Positions 1 through 9,386 of a stretch of DNA of 64,000 nt are shown here, piece after piece (position 1 is the first letter of the stretch; each line of letters begins with the position of its first letter). A program made the translations under genes and the position numbers. The stretch is from Nitrospiria bacterium (GTDB lineage Bacteria; Nitrospirota; UBA9217): positions 4,714 through 68,713 of the forward strand of contig CAKKRC010000012.1 in the NCBI GenBank assembly GCA_919902495.1, in the 5' to 3' direction. A model generated the notes under the pieces. The model saw only the letters and a program-made list of their open reading frames with translations, did no database searches and had not been told where the DNA came from.

Positions 1-1
1 C

Positions 2-793
2 TTCAAAGGCCCGCGCTTCGGCAGGGATGGGATCCGCAGACTTCTGAACGTGCCCACCCGCCCGCTCCTTTCAACAGCCATCAAACCCATGGGCCATTCA
101 AGCGAGGAGTTTGCCGACTTGGCGTACCGCTTCGCGTTGGGCGGCATGGACATGATAAAGGACGACCACGGCCTGACCGACCAGGGTTGTTCGCCCTTCG
201 AGGAGCGGGTCGAACTCTGCGCCGCAGCGGTCAATAAGGCGAGCAAAGAGACAGGCCAGCCTTCTATATATATAGCGAACATAACTGCACCGCGCCGCGA
301 TGTCATCAAACGGGCCCGTTTCGCGAAGGCCGCGGGCGCAGGCGGCATCATGGTCGCACCGGGCATCATCGGGTTCGATCTCATGCGCGAGCTTGCCGAC
401 GACGACAGCATCGGCCTCCCCATCCTGACGCACCCGGCGCTCCAGGGAAGCTTCGTGACCGGACAGGGCGGCATGTCCCACGGCGTCATCTTCGGCCAGC
501 TTGCACGCCTCGCTGGTTCCGACGCGACCATCTTCCCGAACTTCGGCGGAAGGTTCTCCTTCAGCCGCGAGGAATGCGCCGACATCGTGCACGGAACCGC
601 CGAGCCCATGGGCCATCTCAAGACCATCTTCCCGGCGCCCGGCGGCGGGATGAGCCTGGAGCGCGTGCCCGAAATGCTTGAGACCTACGGCAAGGACCTC
701 ATTTTCCTGATCGGCGGCGGGCTGTTCAAGCATGGGCCGGACCTGGTGGAGAACTGCCGGCACTTCAGGAAGATGGTGGAGAAGATCGGGTAG
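2..793 (+). CDS. RuBisCO-like protein (form IV RLP), 5'-truncated by window edge
   Basis: Open frame from base 2 (FKGPRFG...). Motifs KP.G, GG.D.IKDDHGL, HPA, PAPGGG and IGGG match the RuBisCO large-subunit barrel. KDDH instead of KDDE indicates an RLP. Confidence 0.9.
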   Translation, partial: FKGPRFGRDGIRRLLNVPTRPLLSTAIKPMGHSSEEFADLAYRFALGGMDMIKDDHGLTDQGCSPFEERVELCAAAVNKASKETGQPSIYIANITAPRRDVIKRARFAKAAGAGGIMVAPGIIGFDLMRELADDDSIGLPILTHPALQGSFVTGQGGMSHGVIFGQLARLAGSDATIFPNFGGRFSFSREECADIVHGTAEPMGHLKTIFPAPGGGMSLERVPEMLETYGKDLIFLIGGGLFKHGPDLVENCRHFRKMVEKIG

Positions 794-850
794 GAGCTTG
801 ACTGGGGTCTTCAGTCTGGACAAGGAGAGCCAAAACAACATGACCATGGA

Positions 851-954
851 ACCGCGAATGCGCGAGGGTGCGCGAAGGAAAGCTTTGAAGTCTTTACTTG
901 AATCAAAACGAATGCAGTTCTTGACGTCTTTGCGGCCTTTGCGTTTGCGAGAGA
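851..954. repeat. Inverted short-tandem-repeat element (CGCAAAG/CTTTGCG family)
   Basis: Degenerate left arm cgcgaatg-cgcgaggg-tgcgcgaagg. Right arm tctttgcg-gcctttgcg-tttgcgagaga. Same family as 55628 and 58161. Confidence 0.65.
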
Positions 955-991
955 CGCCTATCTTTTTCAGTTATTCTTGATTAGGCCATCT

Positions 992-1951
992 ATGCCTTAT
1001 ACCATCCTCATCACGGGCCTCGGCGCGCTCGGCACGGTCTTCGCGACCATGCTCAAGAAGGCAGGCCACACGGTCCACGCCCTCACGCGGGAAAAGTATA
1101 TCCCTGTTCTTGCTGACCGGCGGACGCGCGTCACCGGCATCTGGGGCGGGCACGAGGCAACACTCGACGGCCTTCACGTTTCCATCGATCCCCTTAAGAA
1201 TATTCCCCTTGACCTCATCATCCTCACCGTAAAATCCTACGACACTGCAGCGGCCATCGAACAGGTGAAGCCGCTTGTGGGAAAGGACACTCTCGTGATC
1301 GTCGCCCAGAACGGTTACGGCAACTATGAGACCGTTGCCGCTGCTGTCGGAAAAGAACACACGCTCCTGGCGCGGATCATCTTTGGCGTCAAGCTGCCTG
1401 CGCCTGGCCGCGCCGAGGTCACGGTCATCGCCGACGATGTTCGCATCGGCCAGCCGCATAACGCTGTCGATCCCGACCGGATCAAGGCCATCGCACGAGC
1501 GATCAGCAGTGCCGGCATCCCGACCGCCTACGCAGAGAACGTCGCCGCCATACTCTGGGACAAGATACTGTACAACGCGGCGCTGAACCCGCTCGGCGCT
1601 GTGCTCGAGTGCACGTATGGCCAGCTCGCGGAGAACGCGGGCACGCGGCAGGTGATGGACCGGATCATCGACGAGATCTTCCTGGTCGCGGAGGCCCACG
1701 GGATGCCGCTTAACTGGAAAACGCCCGAGGAGTACCGCCGGCATTTCTATACCAATCTCGTCCCTCCCACGGCAAAGCATTTCCCTTCAATGTATTACGA
1801 CGTCAAGGCGGGCAAGCGGCTCGAGATCGACGCCTTGAACGGCGCTATTGTTAAACTCGCTCACGAGAAAGGGATCAGCGTTCCGGTGAACGAGACCATA
1901 ACGTCGCTCATCAAGACGAAAGAGACGATGTCCTCGCGTCAGCCCGGATGA
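992..1951 (+). CDS. panE: 2-dehydropantoate 2-reductase (ApbA/PanE)
   Basis: GLGALG Rossmann motif, TVKSYD, QNG, W.K..YN..LNP, SM..D...G..LEIDALNG. ATG at 992. Confidence 0.92.
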   Translation: MPYTILITGLGALGTVFATMLKKAGHTVHALTREKYIPVLADRRTRVTGIWGGHEATLDGLHVSIDPLKNIPLDLIILTVKSYDTAAAIEQVKPLVGKDTLVIVAQNGYGNYETVAAAVGKEHTLLARIIFGVKLPAPGRAEVTVIADDVRIGQPHNAVDPDRIKAIARAISSAGIPTAYAENVAAILWDKILYNAALNPLGAVLECTYGQLAENAGTRQVMDRIIDEIFLVAEAHGMPLNWKTPEEYRRHFYTNLVPPTAKHFPSMYYDVKAGKRLEIDALNGAIVKLAHEKGISVPVNETITSLIKTKETMSSRQPG

Positions 1952-2012
1952 TCGTGCGCAAAGCGATGCAACTGCTTCCTCCCTCTTCAGGGATTCATAG
2001 TTTCGAATATCA

Positions 2013-2041
2013 TTGACACTGGCCGTTCCTTTTGCTACTGT
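2013..2041 (+). promoter_or_regulatory. sigma70-type promoter
   Basis: TTGACA-17nt-TACTGT upstream of the 2121 ORF. Confidence 0.6.
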
Positions 2042-2120
2042 CATACAGGGGCCTGTCACCAGTGAGAGCATCTTCGTTTTCATCCATCAGGCCAGAATAT
2101 AAGGAGCGAAAGGAGATCCC

Positions 2121-3035
2121 ATGAAACTGCGTACGATCATCAGTGTTGCACTGGCCAGTCTCGTTCTCTTCACCGTTGTTTCGATCGCCCAGGCAGAGGG
2201 GCTGAAGCCCTTTGTGCTCGGAGCGGAGCCGCAGCAGGCAGATGTCGATCAAACGGCCGCCGCGGTGCGGACCGCCCTGCTGGGCCAGGGTTTCGAGGTG
2301 GCAGGGAGCTACGCGCCTTATCCGAACGCCGTGGTGATCATCGTGACCAGCGAGGCGCTCAAGGCCAACGCCGCTAAGAGCGACTTCGGCGGGTACGGCG
2401 CCGCCATGCGTGTTGCCGTGACGAAGGTGAAGGACAAGGTCCAGGTGTCCTATACCAATCCTCCGTATCTTGCCGCTGCCTACCGGATGAAGGGGAACCT
2501 TGAGGACGTGAAGGCAAAGCTGGAGGCCGCGCTGGGAAAACAGAAGGAATACGGTTCCGAGGACGGGATCAAGGAAAAAAGCCTGCGCAAGTACAATTAC
2601 ATGATGGGCATGGCCAAGTTCGACAGTCTCGGCGACCATGAGCTGGCGGAGTTCAAGACCTTCGCGGAGGCTTTGAGCGCCGTCGAGGCGGGCCTTGCTG
2701 CGGGCAAGTCGGGCGTGACCAAGGTGTACCGCGTCGATGTCCCGGGCAAGGAAGAGGCCGTCTACGGCGTGGCCATCGCCAAGGGAAAGGGCGGCGACAA
2801 GTACGTCATGGACTACATCGACTTCGGCGACGTAAAATCAACGGCGCATCTTCCCTACGAGGTCCTGGTGTCGGGGAACAAGGTGTATCACCTCTTCGCC
2901 AAGTTCCGTATCGCCATCAGCTTTCCGGACCTCAGCATGATGGGCAGCAACAGCTTCATGTCCATCATGAGCGCGCCGGGGGCCATCAAGGAATCGCTCA
3001 CCGAGACGGTAACGCCGGCCAGCGAGAAGAAATAA
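2121..3035 (+). CDS. Secreted/periplasmic hypothetical protein
   Basis: AAGGAG RBS, Sec signal peptide ending AQA, host-like codon usage. Confidence 0.8.
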   Translation: MKLRTIISVALASLVLFTVVSIAQAEGLKPFVLGAEPQQADVDQTAAAVRTALLGQGFEVAGSYAPYPNAVVIIVTSEALKANAAKSDFGGYGAAMRVAVTKVKDKVQVSYTNPPYLAAAYRMKGNLEDVKAKLEAALGKQKEYGSEDGIKEKSLRKYNYMMGMAKFDSLGDHELAEFKTFAEALSAVEAGLAAGKSGVTKVYRVDVPGKEEAVYGVAIAKGKGGDKYVMDYIDFGDVKSTAHLPYEVLVSGNKVYHLFAKFRIAISFPDLSMMGSNSFMSIMSAPGAIKESLTETVTPASEKK

Positions 3036-3053
3036 GCGACCGAAGATCTACCG

Positions 3054-3111
3054 GGGTCATATCCCACGTGTGCCAGTGGCATCCATGGCGGGATATGGCC
3101 CTGCCTTTTTT
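3054..3111 (+). terminator. Putative intrinsic terminator between convergent genes
   Basis: GGGTCATATCCC...GGGATATGGCCC stem followed by a T-run. Confidence 0.55.
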
Positions 3112-3133
3112 GTTCGTAGCATCGCATCCTTCT

Positions 3134-3817
3134 TCACTTCATATCCTTCTTCTTCGCGATATAGACGACGTGCCGCAACCCACCCCGCCCCGGCCGCAAA
3201 CGTTCAAAGGTAAATCGTGCGGCAACCAGCCGTTTCTCGAACGCGGCATCGGGGTTCTCCCCCCAGATCGCGAAGATCCCGCCAGGCGTCAGGGCGCGTG
3301 CTGTCGTCTGGAGCGCGTGGCTCCCGTAGTAGGGGTCGAAGTGCTCGTCGGAGTCCGCGCTCGGTCCGACGTAGAGATCGATGACGATGGCATCGTAGCG
3401 CTTCGCGCCTTTCAGCGTGGCCGCGATGATGACCGCGGCGACATCGTCGGTCTCGACCAACACCCGCGGGTCGCTCACCGCGCATGTCGTCAGGTCCGCG
3501 AGGGGACCGCGGCACCATTCCACAATGACGGGATTAAGCTCTGCGACGACGACCTGCGCGGACGCAGGGAGGGCATTGAGCGCCGCGCGCAGAGTGAATC
3601 CCATGCCCAGGCCGCCGATGAGCACCCGCGGAGCGGGGCGTCCGGCCACCAGCCCGCAGGCGTGTTCGCCCAGCGTGACCTCGGACCGGTTCGCGCTGCT
3701 GTTCATGAGGACGCGCCCGTTGACCAGCAGCAGAAAGTCCCGGTCGCCCCGCTTGCGCAGTTCCAGTACGTTGTCCTCTTTGTCGATCTTGTCTATGGTC
3801 TGCCAGGGTTTGGCCAA
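3134..3817 (-). CDS. Spermidine-synthase-like SAM-dependent transferase
   Basis: LMNS, VLIGGLGMGFTLRAAL, AELNP and D.I.IDL.VGP motifs. Confidence 0.85.
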   Translation of the reverse strand: MAKPWQTIDKIDKEDNVLELRKRGDRDFLLLVNGRVLMNSSANRSEVTLGEHACGLVAGRPAPRVLIGGLGMGFTLRAALNALPASAQVVVAELNPVIVEWCRGPLADLTTCAVSDPRVLVETDDVAAVIIAATLKGAKRYDAIVIDLYVGPSADSDEHFDPYYGSHALQTTARALTPGGIFAIWGENPDAAFEKRLVAARFTFERLRPGRGGLRHVVYIAKKKDMK

Positions 3818-3944
3818 CGGGATCCCTCTTCGGTTCGTAAAATATCGGCATCATACACGCACGGTCACGACGGGTCAAGAAGGAAGGAGAAACGTGTGGA
3901 GCGGAAGATCATGGTACAGGGGGGAAGGGGCGAGAGCAATACTA

Positions 3945-4080
3945 AGAGCATCAGTTCTTTGCGCCACCGCCAAACGTAGGCGCTTCTAAGCGAGGTTGCC
4001 GAGGACACCGAGGAAAGCTAAACACTTCTCCTCATAGCATTTCTCTGGGCACTCTGCGTCCTCTGTGGCAGAAAGATGCT
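3945..4080. repeat. Inverted 9-mer tandem-repeat element (CAGAGG/CTCTG family)
   Basis: Left arm cgaggttgc-cgaggacac-cgaggaaag. Right arm ctctgggca-ctctgcgtc-ctctgtggc. Outer IR agcatc...gccac / gtggc...gatgct. Confidence 0.65.
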
Positions 4081-4207
4081 AATCATGATGTGCGCTTGAA
4101 ATAACGGCCATATTTCGTGATGCGATCCCTGATAGGAGGAACAACGATCACGGTGACAAGCTGACGCGTATCAACAAAAGGAAGGAGGACGGTCCGACGG
4201 AGACGCC

Positions 4208-4594
4208 TTATTTCTTGCTCTTGCAGTACTCCACATTTACCTCGTACGCGATGCTGGCATGGTTATGGCCGAGGTTCTCGGTCTTCCCCTGACAGGCGAT
4301 ATTCCCCTTGACCGAGGTCTTGCGGTTCTTCACCAGGCTGGTGATCACCGGGGTCAGATCGAACCCGCCGTTGGAGCATTCATCGCGCATGCAGTCCATG
4401 CGGAAGCAGGCGTAATTGGTGGGAGTGAAGCTGACCGTGCGCTTCATCAGGACCGGGTCCACGGTCCTCTGGTAATAGGTCATGCGTAGTTCGATGTTCG
4501 AAACCCCGGGGTATCGATCCGAGATCAGGCCGTTTGCTACCAGGACGACCCTCTTCTGCTCCATCTTGTCCTTATAGCTTTGTTTTTGTATCAT
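4208..4594 (-). CDS. Hypothetical protein with Cys/His motif (C-x4-C-x2-GGFDL...C...H)
   Basis: 128 aa ORF with GGGGG RBS-like run and a plausible metal-binding residue pattern. Confidence 0.75.
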   Translation of the reverse strand: MIQKQSYKDKMEQKRVVLVANGLISDRYPGVSNIELRMTYYQRTVDPVLMKRTVSFTPTNYACFRMDCMRDECSNGGFDLTPVITSLVKNRKTSVKGNIACQGKTENLGHNHASIAYEVNVEYCKSKK

Positions 4595-4823
4595 AATTTC
4601 CCCCGCTCCGGTCCACCCCGGGAAAAGCTAAGGCCACAAAGATCCAGGTCTTTGTGGCCTGTCTGTGTCACTTCTTTTGTAAGTATATCACATAATCGCA
4701 CTTTTATCACTTAATAGCAACACTTGTTTGGGCGCGTCCGGGATGCACCGGCAGGGGTTTTGGTATACTATCTCTTAAGTAGCCCGGCCAGCCCGTGGCT
4801 CGGGGAACCGGGGAACGTGTGAA

Positions 4824-5822
4824 ATGAACAGGCGTGCATTTTTCATAGCGGCGGCGGGCGGCGTGATCTCTGCCGCGGCGATGGTGCGGGGAGGGGAACG
4901 CGTGGCAAACAGGCCTGCGGACAAGCGGGCGACCGGGACAGCGAAGGTCGCTCTCGTGAGAACTGCCGACCGGGCGGTCGGCATCAGGCGGTCCATCGAA
5001 CTTCTGGGGATAAATCCTGTGCAGGGCAAGGAGGTTCTGCTCAAGCCGAACTTCAACACCGCGGACCCGTTCCCCGGCTCCACCCATAATGATACCCTGA
5101 CGCACCTGGTGCTCCAGCTCAGATCCATGGGTGCATCGGGCATCACCATCGGCGAGCGGAGCGGCCCTCCCGACACGGCAGATGTTCTCAAGGACAAAGG
5201 GATCGACGAACTCTGCAGGAAGCTCGGCGTGGGGCTCATCGATTTCGAGACGCTCCCTCCCGGGGACTGGGTGCGGATCAAGCCGGAGCAGAGCAACTGG
5301 AGGAACGGTTTTGAGGTGGCACGGCCGGTGCTCGAGTCGCCCTGTGTAGTAACCACCTGCTGCCTCAAGACCCACGGCTTCGGCGGCGTCTTCACCATGT
5401 CCCTGAAGCTTTCCGTGGGCATTACGGGCAAGCGCAACATGACGGAGCTGCATGCATCGTTCCTGAGCATGCGCAAGATGATCGCCGAGATCAACCAGGC
5501 CTATACACCGTCGCTGATCCTGCTGGACGGGATCGAGGCCTTCGTGGACAAGGGGCCCGGCAAAGGAACAAGGAAAAAGGCCGACATCATCCTTGCCGGC
5601 ACGGACCGTATCGCCATCGACGCCGTCGGGGTAGCCATCCTGAAGGAGCTGGGCAGCAACGCGGCCATCATGGAGAAAAAGATCTTCGACCAGGAACAGA
5701 TAGCCAGGGCCGTGGAGCTGGGCCTGGGCGTGTCCCGGCCGCAGGACATCGAGATCGCGGCCGATGACGGGGACGGCAGGCAGTATGTGGAGCGGTTGCG
5801 GTCCATCCTGGACCAAGGGTGA
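4824..5822 (+). CDS. DUF362 family protein with Tat signal
   Basis: MNRRAFF twin-arginine signal. Motifs VLLKPNFN, LKTH, T.SLK..VG and D..AIDAVG. Confidence 0.85.
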   Translation: MNRRAFFIAAAGGVISAAAMVRGGERVANRPADKRATGTAKVALVRTADRAVGIRRSIELLGINPVQGKEVLLKPNFNTADPFPGSTHNDTLTHLVLQLRSMGASGITIGERSGPPDTADVLKDKGIDELCRKLGVGLIDFETLPPGDWVRIKPEQSNWRNGFEVARPVLESPCVVTTCCLKTHGFGGVFTMSLKLSVGITGKRNMTELHASFLSMRKMIAEINQAYTPSLILLDGIEAFVDKGPGKGTRKKADIILAGTDRIAIDAVGVAILKELGSNAAIMEKKIFDQEQIARAVELGLGVSRPQDIEIAADDGDGRQYVERLRSILDQG

Positions 5823-5853
5823 CCATAATCTATCGCAGGACAAGGAGGGGACC

Positions 5854-6243
5854 ATGAACTATCTGGTAGTGCTGGGAAGGGTGCTGTACGCGCTGATCTT
5901 CGTGATGGCGGGGCCGGGGCATTTCACGGCGAACACCATCGCCTACGCGGCGGGCAAAGGGGTGCCGCTGGCGTCCATCGCCGTGCCGCTGTCGGGCATC
6001 ATTGCACTCGCCGGGGGCCTCAGCATCGCGCTGGGTTACCGGGCGAGGTGGGGTGGCTGGCTGATCGTGCTCTTTCTTGTGCCCGTCACGGTCATGATGC
6101 ACAACTTCTGGGCCATGACCGATCCCAACATGGCGCAGATGCAGCAGATCATGTTCATGAAGAACCTGTCAATGCTCGGCGCGGCGCTGCTCATCGCGCA
6201 CTTCGGCTCCGGGTCGCTGAGCATTGACGGGCGGAAAGCGTAG
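5854..6243 (+). CDS. DoxX family membrane protein
   Basis: GRVL..LIF, LG...R, HNFW and F.KNLS..GA motifs. GGAGG RBS. Confidence 0.9.
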   Translation: MNYLVVLGRVLYALIFVMAGPGHFTANTIAYAAGKGVPLASIAVPLSGIIALAGGLSIALGYRARWGGWLIVLFLVPVTVMMHNFWAMTDPNMAQMQQIMFMKNLSMLGAALLIAHFGSGSLSIDGRKA

Positions 6244-6296
6244 GGAGACAGGCGGCAGGCAAAGGCGAGCACAACGGACGGGTAGTATGGCGATCA

Positions 6297-6326
6297 AAGG
6301 CGGAGGTTTTCACAGACCCCCGCCTT
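6297..6326. terminator. Hairpin between convergent genes
   Basis: AAGGCGGAGGT...ACCCCCGCCTT stem. Confidence 0.5.
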
Positions 6327-6339
6327 GTTCAATGAAAGG

Positions 6340-7062
6340 TCAGGCGACCAGAGTTGAAGCATGCGGATCCGTCAAGTACTGGCGCAGTATTTCATGGTCG
6401 ACGAACTCCGCGAGCGCTGATTCTGCGCCGGAGGCGAACCGCCGGAAGCGGATCCCGTAATGCGTTGTTTCCGATGCTTGATCCGCCTTGCATGCTCTGG
6501 CGATGTCTCCGATCGCGCCCACGCGGAAGCCGTCGGGAAGATAGAACGAACACTCTACGCGGTCTCCCGCGGCAAGGTTTTCCCTGGTCCTGATGAGCAT
6601 TCCGTGGGCGCTGACGTTCTCCGAGGTGCACATGACCGGTCGGCTGTTATGAACGCCTTCCACTGCGATGTTAAGCACGACGCGGTAGGACCGTCGCGGC
6701 GGAACATCGAGAAGCTGCTGAACCTTGGAGGAGAAGATCGACGGATCGACCGGCCTGGTCAATACGGCGTTGGCGTTGCACCGTTCCGCCTGTTGTTTAT
6801 GGGCAGGGTCGTTTTCGCACACGAGGAGGAGGGAGACCTTTTTCATGGTTTCACCGCGCCGGATGATATGGAAGAGGGTCTCGCACGCGAGGCCGGGCAG
6901 GGCGGGACTCGCCACAATGAGGTTCGCGCTCTTCTCGATATGGAACTTCAGGAGCTCATCATTGGTTGCCGCCGTGTGGACGGCAATATCCGAACGGTGA
7001 AGAAAGTTCATGGCGGTCGCCATCAGGGGTTTCAGGTCTTGTGAGATAAGGAGTGTTTTCAT
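6340..7062 (-). CDS. Pseudo-receiver + PilZ domain protein
   Basis: CheY-like N-terminus lacking the acceptor Asp (NLIVAS). PilZ motifs RRSYR and NVSAHG. Confidence 0.82.
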   Translation of the reverse strand: MKTLLISQDLKPLMATAMNFLHRSDIAVHTAATNDELLKFHIEKSANLIVASPALPGLACETLFHIIRRGETMKKVSLLLVCENDPAHKQQAERCNANAVLTRPVDPSIFSSKVQQLLDVPPRRSYRVVLNIAVEGVHNSRPVMCTSENVSAHGMLIRTRENLAAGDRVECSFYLPDGFRVGAIGDIARACKADQASETTHYGIRFRRFASGAESALAEFVDHEILRQYLTDPHASTLVA

Positions 7063-7217
7063 GTGAGCCCTCGCTGGTCCTGGAGATCGGCAGTGCCTTG
7101 CCTGCGCATCGATCTGCAATTTATTGACGAATGCCGTTACTGCTCACTATTCAGTATAGCACAGGGAAGGGGGCGTGATGCCGCCGTGAGCGCGGAAAGG
7201 TAAACAAGAAGGCCGGC

Positions 7218-9146
7218 CTATTTCCTCAGGTCTTCGAAGAACTTCCTGAACTCCTCGCGGTCGTCGGTGATGCGGCACTTGGGGATGGACTTGAGGAAGG
7301 ACCTTCCGTAGTTCTTCGTCATGATGCGCGTATCGAGCACCGCGACCGCGCCCTTGTCCGTTTTCGTCCTGATGAGCCTGCCGAAGCCCTGCCGGAACAA
7401 TAATGTCGCCTGCGGGACTTGATATTCATAGAACGGGTTCTTCAGCCGCTCCATGCGCGCCTCGATGAGCGGCTCGTCGGGCACGGCGAAGGGGAGCTTG
7501 GCGATGACCACGCACTGGAGCGCGTCGCCGGGGATGTCGATGCCCTGCCAGAACGATGCGGTTCCCAGCAGCACGGCATTCGGTATCTCCTTGAACTGCT
7601 CGATGAGCCGGTAGGCCGGCATATCGCCCTGGCAGAGGATGCCGAGCTCGGGCATCGCGCTCCGGAGCGTTTCCCGGGTCTTCCTGAGCTGGCCGTAGCT
7701 GGTGAACAGGACGAGGGTTCTGCCTTGCGTGATGCCGAGGATCGCCATGAGCTCCTTGTCGAACCGCTCCTGGTAGCCATCCGCCTGCTGGTCGTCGAGC
7801 CCCGGCGAGATGTAGAGCATGGCCTGGTTCTCGAAATCGAAGGGAGAGTCGAGCAGCAGGTCCGTGGGAGCGTCCAATCCGACGCGGCCTTTAATATAAT
7901 TGAAGGACCCCGAGGCCGAGAGCGTGGCGGAGGTAAGGACCGCGGTATCCAGCCTGCCGAAAAGGTGTTCGCGCAGGGTCCCGGCGATGTCGATGGGCGA
8001 GGCCACGAGGCGATAGCGCTTGTTCTCCCGCTCGGCCCAATACACGAAGCCCTCCTGCCCCTGATCGAGGTTCTGCCGGATGGCTGCGGCAAGACCTCCC
8101 GCCCTTCCGGCGAAGGCCTTCACTTCCTGTTCTTCCTCGAGGGTGTCGACCTTGAGCGTCAGCAGCGTATCCTTGAGCATCGTGAGCGGCCCGCTCAGGA
8201 TGTCGGGGATGATGCCGGGCTGCCGCACGCGCAGGACCGTTTCCTGCTTCAGCGCGTCGTGGAGGTTCAGGAAGAAGTTCTCGGCCGTGAGCCGCAGGTC
8301 GTCCACCAGGTCCCGAGCGGCGTGGGCCTCCCCGCCCTGGACCTTGAGGCGCGTAAGGAGCCCCTTTCGGGTGCGCTGGCTCAGGAGGTTGTCGAGGAGA
8401 TAGCGGACCGAAAAATTGGACACTTCGATGCCGAGATAATCCGTGGCCACGTCCTCGATCTGGTGCGCTTCGTCGAAGACCACCGCCTTGTGCTGGGGCA
8501 GGACGTTGCCGCCGGTTGCCATGTCGGCGAAGAAGAGGTGGTGGTTCGCCACGAGCACCTGGGCCTGCTGCTCCAGCAGTTTCCCCTTCTGGTAGAAGCA
8601 GTCCTTGTAATGGGCGCATTCCCTGCCGAAGCAGAGGTCCGCCTCGCGGCAGGCCTTCCCCCAGAGCCCCCAGGGCGGCTCGAAGGCGAGCTCGCTCCGG
8701 AGCCCGGTGCGTGTGTGCGTGGACCATTCGAAGAGGCGGTTCAGCGGCTCCACTTCGGCCTGCTCGTAGAGGTCGCCCATGCGGAGCTGGTCGAAGCGCC
8801 GCAGGCAGAGATAGTTCTCGCCGCCCACGCACAGGGCAACGCGAAAGTCGCCCAGGACGGTCTTCAGGAACGGGATGTCCTTTTTGATGATCTGCTGCTG
8901 GAGGGCCTTGGTGTAGGTGGCCACGACGACGCGGCAGTTCTCGTCGCGCGCCCAGAGGATGAGCGGGACGAGGTAGGCCAGGCTCTTGCCGACGCCGGTG
9001 CCCGCTTCGACGACCAGGTGGGTCTTGCTCCGGAGCGCCTTCCGGACGGCCTCGGCCATCTCCATCTGCTGGGGGCGGAACTCGTAGGCCTGCCCCATGG
9101 CGTCGGCGACGAGCCCTGACCTTCCGAGGATGTCCGCGATCTTCAT
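7218..9146 (-). CDS. dinG: DinG/YoaA family ATP-dependent DNA helicase
   Basis: EAGTGVGKS, Fe-S Cys cluster, DEAH, TSATL, SPF, LFTSY, FWQGID, QGFGRLIR. Confidence 0.93.
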   Translation of the reverse strand: MKIADILGRSGLVADAMGQAYEFRPQQMEMAEAVRKALRSKTHLVVEAGTGVGKSLAYLVPLILWARDENCRVVVATYTKALQQQIIKKDIPFLKTVLGDFRVALCVGGENYLCLRRFDQLRMGDLYEQAEVEPLNRLFEWSTHTRTGLRSELAFEPPWGLWGKACREADLCFGRECAHYKDCFYQKGKLLEQQAQVLVANHHLFFADMATGGNVLPQHKAVVFDEAHQIEDVATDYLGIEVSNFSVRYLLDNLLSQRTRKGLLTRLKVQGGEAHAARDLVDDLRLTAENFFLNLHDALKQETVLRVRQPGIIPDILSGPLTMLKDTLLTLKVDTLEEEQEVKAFAGRAGGLAAAIRQNLDQGQEGFVYWAERENKRYRLVASPIDIAGTLREHLFGRLDTAVLTSATLSASGSFNYIKGRVGLDAPTDLLLDSPFDFENQAMLYISPGLDDQQADGYQERFDKELMAILGITQGRTLVLFTSYGQLRKTRETLRSAMPELGILCQGDMPAYRLIEQFKEIPNAVLLGTASFWQGIDIPGDALQCVVIAKLPFAVPDEPLIEARMERLKNPFYEYQVPQATLLFRQGFGRLIRTKTDKGAVAVLDTRIMTKNYGRSFLKSIPKCRITDDREEFRKFFEDLRK

Positions 9147-9257
9147 GGGGAGGTACAGTACCACGGGGGAGGGGAGAAGGCAAACGGTTTCATTGCTTCT
9201 CTATCTGTCTGCGCGAAGAGGATCGTCCCACCGCGCTTTTTGGTTTCCTTTTTGGGG

Positions 9258-9286
9258 TTGACAGTCCGGGCATCTTACGGTACGAT
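9258..9286 (+). promoter_or_regulatory. sigma70-type promoter
   Basis: TTGACA-17nt-TACGAT. Confidence 0.65.
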
Positions 9287-9386
9287 TGTGACTGCTGATC
9301 TGACGTTCAAGGACCGCGCACGGTTTCCCGGGCGCACCCTTCATAATGATGACAGATCTTTCGAGCGACCATTTCAGGAGGCAATA

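Noticed and set aside
2-793. Calvin-cycle RuBisCO
   Set aside because: The KDDH motif and divergent loop residues indicate a form IV RLP. No cbbS or prk is nearby.
7419-9119. Long antisense ORFs (also 37065-38690, 42845-44257, 46053-47909, 52881-54134 and others)
   Set aside because: These are shadow frames opposite well-supported genes, expected with high-GC codon bias, and they have no motifs.
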